Source: Malacoraja senta
Taxonomy: Eukaryota
NCBI GenBank assembly: GCA_038087875.1
Contig: CM075989.1
Span: forward strand, 13,828,001 to 13,892,000
Direction of reading: 5' to 3'
Length of the DNA: 64,000 nucleotides
This document shows, one piece after another, positions 11,806-23,752 of this stretch (the first letter of the stretch is position 1; the number at the start of each line of letters is the position of its first letter). The notes beneath the pieces are model-generated. The model worked only from the letters and a program-made list of their open reading frames with translations, was not told the origin of the DNA and made no database searches. Position numbers and translations under genes: made by a program.

Positions 11806-14309
11806 CTGGAAGAACAGTTTTCTTAATTAGTGCAAGTCTAGTTGATCAGCAATCTAAAACTATTAAATATACATGTAAGTTGTGCTTTAGAAAACTGCAA
11901 ATTTGGATACTATGTTTCTGTTTCGAACAAGGAGCAAGTTTAAGTTAGTCACTTAAATCTATATGATAAATTATTATTCAAATCTATCCGATAAATATGG
12001 ACGTTCTTGTAACATTTCTGTTCCAGTAATCCTCCAACCAGATCAGAGTTGGTGAGATCTACCAGTATAATTTAGGAAGCAAAACTTTATGTCCAATATG
12101 TACCATCACAGCTCACATCTCCATAAACAGAGCACAAAGGTTTTAAATGCAGAATTGGATAAATGCAATAACAGCAACTTCCATTTATATTTAACGATGC
12201 AAAAACAAACAGAATATGTGTCCCAGGAGCATTTTGAAAGCAAAGATTTTTGTTCTGAACTACACAAGGAGTTATCAGCATAAGGTACACAAAAATGCTG
12301 GAGAAACTCAGCGGGTGCAGCAGCATCTATGGAGCAAAGGAAATAGGTAACGTTTCGGGCCGAAACCCTTCTAGGTGGGCAAAGGCAGAATCTGGAGTTT
12401 ATTTTAAAGGAGTATCTTGAAAGATTATAGAGCTATTGTCATAGAGCTATATAGCGTGGAAACAGGCCCTTTGGCCCCATATCCACGTCAACAGATAGTA
12501 TTCTGGGTTAGTCCCATTAGCTCTCTGAACACTTCCTCTCAATATTTGTCCAAATGCCTTTTGAAAGTTGTAATTGTTTCCACTTCTGTAGATTCTTCTT
12601 GTAGCTCATTCCAAAGATGGACTACCCTCTAAATTAAAAAAATGCCCCTGAATTGAGATTAATGGGAACCCTGATGGAAGAGAATAAAATGTGGGAGGCA
12701 TACATGGGGTAGAGAGATCCTTTTTTTCCAGAGTAGAAATGTGGAAGACTAGGGCATAGGTTTAAGATCAGAGTCGGGGAGGGAGTGAGTCTAAAGGAGA
12801 TGTGTGGCATATGTCATTTTTCTCCCCCAGAGTGAGCGGTAGGTGCCTGAAATCTGCTTCCCAGGGTAATGGTGGAAGCAAATAGGGTTGTGGTGTTTGA
12901 GAGACTTTTAAATAGCCACATGGTTATGCAGGGAATGGAGGGATATGGATCATGTGCAGGTAGAGGAGATTAGTTTAATTTTGCATCAAGCCTGTCACAG
13001 ACATTGTGGGTTAAAAGGTCTGTTCTTCTGCTGTACCTTTCTATGATCTGTTAAATCTTACGCCTTAAGTGTATGCCCTCTAGTTTTAGAATCCTCTACT
13101 CTCTACAAAATCACAAGGAGCAAGGTGTAAGATTCTAGAAATAGAGGGCATAGGCTTACGGTGACAGGGGAGAGCTTGAACATAGAACAGCATAGCACAG
13201 GAGCAGCCCTTCGGCCCAAAATGTCTGTGCCGAACATGATGCCAAGTTTAAAAAATCTCTTCTGCCAGCAGGTGATAAATGCAAATAAATCCAGTCTCTC
13301 AGAATCTCCTCATGTAATTTCCCCATCACTGATGTAAGGCTCATCCAAATTGATAGAGGTTTTTCCAGTATACTTCCTACTCATGCCTTTTTTATGGTGG
13401 AATAATTTTGGGGAAACCAGGTGCTAAGTCACATGCTTCAGAATATGCAGCATTTTACCTGGTCTTACAGTCAGATGACTTGTGCTTGGTCCCGTTATGT
13501 TCTGGTTAGTGGTGACCCTAAGAATGTGTATAGTATGGGACTCAATGATATCTTGGGCTCAATGATATCTTAGTGACTCTGGATTGCTTTTCCAGTAATA
13601 CTATGGTACCCTTGGCAGTCTGCTGTTGTTTGAAATAGTAGCGATGTATGAAATGAGACGGGGTGCAAAAGATAACTTTTATCCCCCCTGTTTTACTCTT
13701 GTTTCATGATGCAGAAAACTGTAGGAAAAGGTTGAGTTATTTCAGGCCATCAAAGGATGAGGCTTGATAACAGGACAGGTGTGACAGCTGGAAGTCCAGA
13801 CCAAGGATGCTAGGTAATTTGGAAAGCATTAGGTGCTCAGAGGAGAGGTCCTGGGCAACGGGGAAAGCAGACATCGAATAAGGAAACAGATCACTGGAAG
13901 GTCAGTGAAGATTTCTGTGCAGTTGATTTCAAATTCGGGGTAAAGCTAAGTTGTTTAATCAGGAAGCTATGAAGATCTTTAATAGTATTCCCAAGTTATA
14001 AACTTAGACATAGTGGCAAAGCCAAACCAATCCGAATATTCACATGTGCTTAAGTCAGAGAAAGTAGAAACCTTTGTGAAAGCTCAGGTAGAAACTGATC
14101 ATGATAGAAACAGCAGGCTAAGATATCAGGCACAATCTACTGTATTATTCAATTACCAATTACAAGGCATTAAGACCCATAGAAACAGAAGAGTGCAATT
14201 TTTAATCAGACAACATTGTATTTATACAACCTGTAATCAATCAAAGATGATTCTGATATAAATACATTCTATAATTTTGACAGAATTGAAATCTGAATTT
14301 GTGACCTAC

Positions 14310-14382
14310 CTGGCACAGTGAACGTTTCTTTGTGTGGATTGGAATAATTTTCATAAATGATGACTGGTGATGGGTTAGCAGT
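14310..14382 (-). CDS. SHC4: SHC4 exon 9 (TANPSPVIIYENYSNPHKETFTVP)
   Basis: tttacag|ACT ... CCA G|gtaggt; 73 bp; phase bridges exons 8 and 10; YEN motif as in SHC4. Confidence 0.82.
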
Positions 14383-15519
14383 CTGTAAAGCAATGTACTC
14401 AACATCAAGAGAATGGCCTGCTACTACAACAGAAATGTAATAAATAAAAAGGACTTTGTATACAGAAACACCATTAGCCTAAATTCATTCTGCCCAGGGT
14501 GGCATGGTAAACAATTGGTGATCAGTGTGCCAATGATTGTTCCATTAAAAAATTGAACGTTCACTGAAGCTTGGGGTATTGGCCACTACCAAAAATAACT
14601 TGCATACCCTCCTGCACAGCAACATTGCAGAACATACAAATGAAAATAAAATATAAAGTCCCAAATTACTCCCTGGTTCTGGGTTGGATAAATGTGGAGG
14701 AGGTAGGACTAGTCAGAAGTCCAAACATGTAGTGAGGAAGTGGTGCTGGTGGAGGGAAGGTAAGATTTTGGGGGTACAGTGTCATCATTTGGTGATTGAA
14801 TGGGTGGAGTGTTGGTCACGGATTATAAACTTAGAGGTGAGTGCAAGGGTCAATAAAGTTTGGGAAGGTGTGGGTGGTAGTGTAAAGAAATAGTGTAGCG
14901 GTGCCTGCTGGCGCACGCAGGTATCAAATCCGCCAAAATAGCTTATTTACCCTTTATCAGAGGGAAGGGTGATCTGTAGCAGAACAATAGGAAATGGACT
15001 TTTAAAAGGACATGTTTTTGAAGGAAAGACCTTGTGAGCTCTGTCCCACTAAAATCTGATAGTCCTTATCTCAATCAAGATCTTGAGCAATGTCAGAACT
15101 GGCCTGGGTCGATGTAGTCAAGCACTACATCATTAGTGCATCATAAACAACTAAATGTGACTGGAAGCAATCTATGAAATATATTTTGCCCATTGCCCAA
15201 TCCATGTCCAATGTTTCAACATATACAATATATGTGCCAACATCTGATCAACCTGTCATGTAACATCAAGGACACACGTAAATTTCCATGGTGCCTGAAT
15301 ATATGTAATATCGTAACGCCACTACTACAATTTTTACTTGGTGCAAGTGATCTTCCCAATACATGATTATCTTCACACAGGGAACTGGATCAAGGTCTAG
15401 CATATCAAAACAAACATCAACCAATAAATAGTTAATGAATCATGCTGCTCGTGATGGTGCTCTATGCCAAATTTATTTTTCCTTAGAAACCACCAGACGT
15501 CTTCATCTTTTGTTATATG

Positions 15520-16660
15520 TTCCACACTTCTACATAGTTTGCACTACATTGATCACCTTGACAATAAGAACATTTATGTCAGGGTGCTAATCATTCACTA
15601 CTGCTCAGCCTTTAACACCATAACACTGAATAAGCTTATTTCTAAACTCTTTGGAGGCTCCATCTGCAACCTCAGTCAGTTAGAATTTATCTTAACATTT
15701 CCTTCATCCTAACTCTCGATATTGGAGCTCTGTGAGGCTGTGTGCTCAATGTCTTGCTCTACTCATGGTACACCCATGAATGTGTGGCCAAATATAGCGC
15801 CAACTCGATCTTTAAGTTCACAGATAAAACCACTATTGTCGGGCAGAGCAACAATGATGAGATGGAGAATGGGAAAGAGATTAGGAACCTTTTGTTATAG
15901 TGTTTGATCAACAAACTAGCCCTTAATATCAGCAAGACAAGAGATGGTTGTTGACCTGAGGAAGTGTGGTGATGAACACAACCCTGTCCTCAATGGAGCT
16001 GCTGGAGAGATGATCACAGCTTCAATTTCCTAGGCATCCATATCACTAACCTGGTCCCTTCACAGTGATCAAGGAAGTGCATCAGCGTATTTAAGTTCTT
16101 AGGCATCTGAGAAGATTCAGCATGTCCACGAGTATTCTCTCAAACTTCTACTGATACGCTCTAGGAAGTATTTTGACAGGATATACATCAGGCTGGTATG
16201 GCAACTGCACTGTTCTTGACTCTGAACCCACAGAGAATGGTGGATACAGCCCAGTGCATCACTGGCTCACACATCCTAGTCCATCTTCACCGTGCCTTGC
16301 ATCAAGAAGGCTGAAAGTATCGCCAAGAATGCCTTCCACCTTGGCCATTCCATTTTATCTATTTTCTTCCCCATTGCAACCCCACTGGATTCCTAAACCA
16401 ATCTCCTCTTTCATTCCCTTTACTTAGTGGTTCTGCCACATGCTCTTGCTCTTAACTCTACCTGAATCCGCTATTCTGTTATTGTACTTATATATATTTT
16501 ACTACTTCAGATTTCACTACAATCTTTGCATTATTCTGTTGCTTTGCATTTGTCATTGTATTTATTGTTGTATTTATCATGCATATTGTGTAGTCTATGA
16601 GCTTCATGTAAAAAAGGAATTTCATTGTACAAAGTATATGACAATAAACTAATCTGAATC
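15520..16660 (+). mobile_element. Rex1/Babar-like LINE, degenerate RT to 3' end
   Basis: HLDNKNIYVRVLIIHYCSAFNTI resembles Rex1 RT HLD..TYVRMLFIDYSSAFNTI; TGACAATAAA 3' end. Confidence 0.75.
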
Positions 16661-16868
16661 GGACATGATTTAAATGTTAACAGTGTGGACCTTGCCTCTT
16701 CAGTAGGATTTCCTAACATACAAATAAATCTATACAGATTGCAAATGTTTTTCCATTGATCCGTAAAAATAATTATGACTCTTTTAAAATGTGTTTAATT
16801 TGTGAATGTCACACTCTGGCTGGTTCTCACATTGGAATATTAGTAAAAATTGTTTCTATTATGCTAAC

Positions 16869-17043
16869 CTGTGAAATGTTTCCATCCTTAATCATTTGAT
16901 TACTATTAGTCTGGATCACCGAATCTTCATTTACTCTTGCATTCTGCAGTCCTGCAGGAGAGGCCAGTTTACCTGGGATTTCATTGCAGTATCCATGGTT
17001 CTGATCTTCATTCGCCACATTCCATAAGGCCAAGCCTACTGTT
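16869..17043 (-). CDS. SHC4: SHC4 exon 8 (CH1 region, ...HGYCNEIPGK...)
   Basis: gcagcag|A ACA ... TCA CAG|gttagc; 175 bp; NEIPGK matches the SHC4 YYNEIPGK motif; tandem CAGCAG acceptor. Confidence 0.88.
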
Positions 17044-18114
17044 CTGCTGCATGAAATCAAGAAAGTATATGTAAACAATTTCTCATCCCTGATATCTTAA
17101 AAGTACTCAACGGTAATGATTGCTTTGAAGTGTTTATTGAGAACAGTGCATCAGCTGGTGTGTTGGGCAGAGGAAGGGTGCATAACTCAACATTGTCTTT
17201 TGCGCCAAAAGCAAACTAAGTCAATTTGTTGAGAAATCTGAGGGTCTTTAGTAACACCAACATCATCAAACAAAGATTACATTTATCTGGAATAAAAATG
17301 AAAAATGCTGAAAATGTTGAGCACATTTACACAGAAGCTGCCTACCAGGCAAGTAGGACAACCCTAATCTGACTCTAACCTATGTACTCTCCATCTCATC
17401 CCATCTTCTCTGAAACTTAAAGCTAACTTGCTTTTTCACTTTCCCAGTTCTAATGAAAGGTCTTTGACATGAAAAGTTAATTCTGTTTCTCTTTTCACAG
17501 ACACTGTTCCTGCTCAGTGTTTCCATATTTTCTGCTTTTATTTGAGAAACCTCAGCAATCTCTCTCAATAAATGAAGGTAATTTCTATGGAACAAATCAA
17601 TCATAAAATCAATAACAATCACCAAAGCAGTGCAAACGGACATAAAGTGCTGGAATAACTCAGCGGGTCAGGCAGCATCTCTGGAGAACATGGATAGACG
17701 ACGTATTGAGTCGGGACCCTTCTTCAGATTGGAGTCTGAAGAAGCAGATACTATAACAATGTTTTAAAATCATTTGGGGACAGGTACACGGATAGCATAG
17801 GTTTAGATGGATATGGACAAAACGCAAGCAGGTGGGCTAGTGGTCGGCATGGTCAAGTTGGAGTGACGGGCCTGTTTCCAAGCTGTATGACTCTAAACGT
17901 GACCCGAAACATTACCTCCATAAATGCTGCCTGACCCATTGAGTTACTCCAACACTTTGTGTCCTTTTATGTAAACCAGAGTCTGCAGTTCCTTGTTTCC
18001 ACTAGAGCAGTCTTGATTCACAGGAGAATTACCCAATCATCTCCTCATTGGCTGGCTGTAGCATTATACCACAACAGCCATTTGTCTGTTTGATGAAGAC
18101 TTGAGGGCACTCAC

Positions 18115-18244
18115 CTCTCATCATTAGGTTTAATGGCTGCTTGTGGGTTCTTCAGGTATTGTTTAAAGCGAAGTTCAAATGCTTGTCCTATGCTGTTAAT
18201 AACACATTGGGCCAAATCATCAAAACACTCCAAAATATGACATG
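18115..18244 (-). CDS. SHC4: SHC4 exon 7 ([44 protein letters not shown])
   Basis: ttttag|CA TGT ... GAG AG|gtgagt; 130 bp; PTB C-terminal helix [12 protein letters not shown]. Confidence 0.95.
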
Positions 18245-18783
18245 CTAAAAGAGAATGCAAGAAAAACAAGTTTAATTTTCATTGCTTGTGAAATGATTGT
18301 TGAACAAGGTTTAAAAAGTTACAAAAAAATTCTGGCACTCATTTTACACAACCGATGCACTCATTGGTACTGCATTTTTAATACTAGATTTTAAATAATA
18401 GCGTTAATGTACTAATAATCTAATTATGGAGCAGTACTAATTTGTTCACAATATTTATTTCTGTGTTCAAGGTTACGATAGAGAATGAAGGTCATGAAAT
18501 AATTTAGTCTGTCGTGGTCAAAGATCAAGCGTGCAGGTGGTTCATGACAGTACACGGCATCATGCAGTTTACAGTCTGCATTTCTGGTGATATTGTGCTT
18601 CTTTCTTAGTGCAAGAAACTAACATTGCATGTTTGAAACTGCTGAATTTGACAGACGATGCTCCAAGTTCAATAGCCATGGTGAGCACAATTCAGTTCAA
18701 TAGCCATCGTGAGTACAACAACATTCACTATAGGAATGCAGAATGCAAATGAAATTGCTGTTAATCAAAAAAAAAACTGTTAC

Positions 18784-18835
18784 CTCTTTGATTCACTGGG
18801 TCTTTGGCTACATAAGCAACATAATTGCTTGTGTC
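18784..18835 (-). CDS. SHC4: SHC4 exon 6 (DTSNYVAYVAKDPVNQR)
   Basis: ttcag|GAC ... AGA G|gtaac; 52 bp; YVAYVAKDPVNQR motif. Confidence 0.95.
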
Positions 18836-19084
18836 CTGAAATATAAGTGAGTCGACAGTTAGAGCTCAAGGCACAAAGTCCATTACGATTTGCACTACTA
18901 CATTTGATACTTATCATCAAAAAATGATGACGCTGAATAGTTCTCTAGAACACTGGTGAACATGTTGAGCATAAGCAAAATTGAGAGGTTGTATCCATTG
19001 AGCAATAGAGTTAAAAGGTCTCTAATTTTATTGGCATTAAAACAACATTATGGGTCATTCCAATGCTGTTTGAGAAAATAAGGA

Positions 19085-19430
19085 GTTCAAATTCGCCTAA
19101 ACCTACGTGATCTCCGAGTTGCTAAACACTTAAACTCCCCCTCTCATTCCCACACTGACCTTTCTTTCCTGGGCCTCCTGCATTGTCAGAGTGAGGCCCA
19201 GCACAAATTGGAGGAACAGCACCTCATATTTCGCTTGGGCAGCTTATACCCCCAGTGGTATGAACATTGACTTCTCTAACTTCAGGTAACCCTTGCTTTC
19301 CCTCTCTCTCCATCCCTCCCCCTTCCCAGTTCTCCGACCAGTCTTACTGTCTCTGACTATATTTTATCTCTGCTTGCTTTGTTGTTACCTTCTCCCAGCT
19401 AACAATGATCTATTCTACATTTTCCTTGAT
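19085..19430 (+). mobile_element. Penelope-like element 3' fragment (GIY-YIG endonuclease C-terminus)
   Basis: Translates VAKHLNSPSHSHTDLSFLGLLHCQSEAQHKLEEQHLIFRLGSLYPSGMNIDFSNFR*. Confidence 0.82.
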
Positions 19431-19984
19431 CCCATTAATGTTTTAGGAAGTGTTATTGTTGAAAGCAGAAAAATATTGCATTAGATAGTGGAATTTTTAG
19501 CCATGTCTTTGGCAAATGGATGCATTTCTATTTTATATCTTTATTAAAAGCAAAACTGCAAATTAACAACACCATCCACAACCCTCCATCTTTTCAAGCA
19601 TCGGAAGCAATACTGTTTTTCTTCAAAACTAGCTGCACTTGATAATTGGCAACTATGATATACTTTTTTAAAATATTGAAATAATCTAAATACAAGTTAA
19701 ATCAGAAAAGTACAGTTGTAAACATTTATGAATTTGTTAGAAAAATTGTCTTTGGCCAGTTCAGGAGGTGTGACAATGATTGTATCACAAATTTACAATT
19801 CCATAGAGCAGAGCGAATAAAAAACCACAGCAATGTGTACCTATGATCTGTCAAATAAATCTGTACAAAATAAATCTGCACACGTTTACTAGAAAAGTTT
19901 CTACTACCCACGGCGCCCAATGCAGGATGCGCAGTTCCTTGTGCAAGTACAATGAAAGAATTAGAAACAAGCTGATGCACTCAC

Positions 19985-20038
19985 TGGATCTCCTCCAGAG
20001 GCAAAAGACACCGACTGCATGTGGTGCTTGGCGATCAA
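19985..20038 (-). CDS. SHC4: SHC4 exon 5 (LIAKHHMQSVSFASGGDP)
   Basis: tttcag|TTG ... CCA|gtgagt; 54 bp; HHMxSxSFASGGD motif. Confidence 0.95.
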
Positions 20039-20684
20039 CTGAAAAACAAAGAGCACTCACTGATCTCCAATCGTTTTCTGAAATTTGAAATGTTTCTACT
20101 TTTAAGTAACCACCAAATATAACATATACATTCAAAATAAAATAAGAGACTTAATAAGGATTTTGATTATGTTGTTGGCCTGTCACTATATTGATAACCA
20201 TGGGATTAAGCACCTCCATTGATAAAAAAAATAGTGGGAAATTAGAAAATAAAAACATTACAATTACCAAGCTTTAAGAGGAATGAGGTTGGATAATGAG
20301 GAAGTGTAACTGTGGCAATAATTCAGCAGCTGCATTCTATTCTACTGTAGCACTTGGTAGAGTTTTGATTTCAGATTTTTGCTTATTCCTAATTTGTAAT
20401 AATGCAGCTGGGATAGTTGGAAAAGATTCAGGGGAGAGGAATTGCGTTGCTGTTCCAGGTGTTGACCTTTCAGAATACACTGAGGTCAGGCGATGACGCC
20501 CATGCTTCAGAAGGGAGAGCAAATTGGGAGCAGCTGTTTTGGGGTTAATACGCACTGACACGTGGGAGTCATTTAAAGATCAACTGATTAAAGTTCAGTA
20601 CCAGCATGCTCCAGAAAGAGAAGGGACAAGGATGGCAAGGTAAGGGAACCTTGGACGATGAGATAAGTCACTACGTTAAGGGTA

Positions 20685-20997
20685 GTTTAGAGATACAGTC
20701 TGAAAAAGGTCCTTCAGCCTGCTGAGTCCACACCGACCATCGACCAATCATACTCATTGTACATTATCCCACTTTCTCATCCACACACTATACAGTAGGG
20801 TCAGTTTATAGAGGCCAATTGACCTACAATGCCACACTTCATTGGGATGTGGGGGGTAACCAGAGCACCTGGCGGAAACCCATGTGGTCACAGGGAGAAC
20901 GTGCAGACTCCACACTAACAGCACCCGAGGTCAGGATTGAACCTGGGTCTTTGGTGCTCTGAGGCAGCTATTATACCAGTTGCGCCACTGTGCCACC
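20685..20997 (-). mobile_element. V-SINE (HE1-like) in intron 4
   Basis: tRNA head, V-domain (GTTCTCCCTGTGACCACATGGGTTTCC) and CR1-like tail; homologous to 50178-50470. Confidence 0.8.
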
Positions 20998-21133
20998 TTT
21001 GTGAAAAAGGATTCCTGGGAGAGGAAAGATAACCCAGCTGGACCCAACTGATTATCAAAATTTACATCATGGCAAATGTTATAGTTATTCCAAAATAATA
21101 TTGGAACAATCTTAGCTCATGACAAATTCTTAC

Positions 21134-21253
21134 CTGTTTGGAGTCTGGGATCATTAAGCTGAGGCTGCTCGTTGAGATGGACATAACGGTCTGCATCCCT
21201 GCGAACTGGAGGTTACTCTTTCCGAGGACAGTAGATAATTCTTTGCTGGGAGG
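21134..21253 (-). CDS. SHC4: SHC4 exon 4 (PPSKELSTVLGKSNLQFAGMQTVMSISTSSLSLMIPDSKQ)
   Basis: tttag|CCT ... CAG|gtaag; 120 bp; LGKSNLQFAG Shc PTB motif. Confidence 0.95.
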
Positions 21254-23379
21254 CTAAAGGTTAAACAATCCAAAGCAATTGGTTTACTAAATATTCATTT
21301 TGTTGCATTAAGTCAAAAGCTAGAAAAGTAATAAAAACAGAAAATGCTGAAAAATAATCAGCAAATCAACTGCATCTTTAGGTTTAAAGTCAAATCAGCT
21401 GCAACTAATGTCTCCTCCACAGATGCTACTTGACCCTCTGTGTACTTGCAGCATTACTTTTTTTTTTTAAATTTCATATTTATACCATCTGCAATATTTT
21501 GCTGACATAAGTACAATGTTACCAAATGGATATTTATGGTGTAGCAAGATTTGGACCATGGCCAAACTCTTATTCCTCAAGGTTGTCAGATCAGCCCAGA
21601 GAAATACTTTACTATATCACCATGGGGGGATGATGCGTCATACAGCTGTATACAGCATGGAAATAACTTGTCCATGCCAACCAAATTGCCCTCCTGAACT
21701 AGTCTCATTTTCCTGTATCTGGCCTATATCCCTCTAAACCTGTCCAAATGTCTTAAGTATTATGATTGTACCTCTACCACTTACTTCCTGCACCTTGTTC
21801 CGTGTGCCCACCATCCTCTGTATGCAAAAGTTGCCTTCAAGTCCTCTTTAAATCTTTAACCTTTTTCATGATAAATATAGATGAGAAATATTCATTTAAG
21901 TTCTCACCCATCTCCTGTGCTCCAAGTTACTCCTTAGGGGGTCCCATTCTCTTCCTAATTACCCTTTCCTCTTAAAGTACTTATAAAATCTCTTTGGATT
22001 CTATTTCACCTTTTCTCCTAAAACTCTCATGTCCTCATTTTGCTATCTTAATTCCCTTCTTAAGTGCACTCCAGCATACCTTATATTCCTCAAGTACTGT
22101 AATTTGCTTGATCCCAGATTCCTATGCTTCACATACGCCTCTTATTTTCCTGTCCAGAGGCTTAAATCAGCCTCTCCTAATCAATCATTGCAGGTTCCTG
22201 TTCAATGCCATCAAAATTATCTTTGCCCCAATTTAGGACCAATCCTAGCTTTTTCCATAACTATTTTAAGGCTAACAGAATTATGGCCATTAGTTCCAAA
22301 GTGCTCCTTCACCAGCACTTCAGTCACTTGCTCCCCTGTTATTTTCCAATAGGAGATGTAGTGTTGCATGTTCTCGAGTTGAGCTATTTACATAATTGCT
22401 TGAGTCGGGTATTGCCTCAGGAGGGAGGGAGGGAAAGTTATGAACATTATACTTGCTCATTCCGAGTAACAGATTTTAATGGCACTGATCAAACCCTGAA
22501 AACAAGACCCAATTCCTTCAACTAGAGATAGCAACCCAGGAAAGTAAAGCTAAATCCTTGTTGGAAAATAAATCAAAAATCTTGCTCTGTTTTAAACAAC
22601 CTACCAGAAAGACTTAGCTGTTTCAATTTTTTTTTTCCTATTGCTAGACTTAACCCCGATAAAAAGAGGTTCATTTCTGCTACAATCTGTAGCTTTTAAC
22701 AGCTACATTCAAAAATTAACTCGTGATTCACAAAGACTCTCCCTCATTTCCGCTGTGGACCATGTTCTTGTCTGCATATAACTTAATTGTTAGTTTAAAA
22801 CAAAGACTTCTTTTAATATGGGAAATGATGCTGATCTTATCAGGAGACTTAATGTGTTAGCTGAATAGATGAAATGCTGACATTCATAGCATGATCAGAA
22901 AGAAGCAAGATTTAATTCCAGCCTTCTTGTACAATCTCATTTTGATTAAAGAATACCATTGATTTTTGACCAAACCCTTCCAGGAACTCTCTCACAGTAC
23001 ATGGGATTTTCTAACCTGGGAGCAGATAAGTTTAAAAAGATAAGTAAATCTCACACAGACAAGATTACATAGCAGAATTTTGCAAGAACAAAAGTTGATA
23101 ATGATTGACTCAGTGTTTGCAAAAAAATAGGTATTTTCCATTTTCTCTCAGAGATTGTGAATAATGGATCACAGACAATTATATTTGCTCCACCATCAAT
23201 GTTTTGGGTTAGAATTCACAAAAGGTATTTCGTAATTTTTAATTATTTAATTACAAAACTGATGAACTGAGCTATTTACACTAAAATATAAACTGGCTCT
23301 TGATTGTATCATTAAATTAAACATTAATCTGTACATGAGGTTCATTAGTTGATTTACATTTTGTCAAAACAGTATTTAC

Positions 23380-23443
23380 CCTTCTTTTCCTCATGGCTGC
23401 TTTAGTGCCTGGAACAGCCTCACACACTCTGCTTATAGCTTCC
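23380..23443 (-). CDS. SHC4: SHC4 exon 3 (EAISRVCEAVPGTKAAMRKRR)
   Basis: ccacag|G GAA ... AGG|gtaaat; 64 bp; phase matches exon 2. Confidence 0.95.
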
Positions 23444-23548
23444 CTGTGGAATAAAAAACATTACCATTATTGATAAAATGCCTAAAAATAGGAATAACTA
23501 TACTTGTGGTTTCCTGTATTGTAAAGCTGCAAACTGAAATCCCCATAA

Positions 23549-23752
23549 AGGGCTTGTCCCACTTAGGCGATTTTTTCGGCTACTGCCAGTGACTGTCACA
23601 GTTGTAGCAGGTCGCCGAAAAAGTGGCAACTGGACCACCCCCTACGACAATGTCTACGTCAAGCTACGACAACCTGCCACCTAGTCGACGTCAAGCTACC
23701 GACAACCGGCGACCCATTAGGACGTCCACCTACGACCACACCTACGACAATC
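23549..23752. mobile_element. Truncated PIF/Harbinger-type MITE (left end only)
   Basis: TAA followed by AGGGCTTGTCCCACTT, near-identical to the TIR at 44197; internal CTACGAC repeats; no right TIR. Confidence 0.65.

Noticed and set aside
18667..18720. 28-bp tandem duplication (also a ~17-bp one near 13540)
   Set aside because: Two-unit slippage duplications with no spacers; not CRISPR-like or obviously functional.
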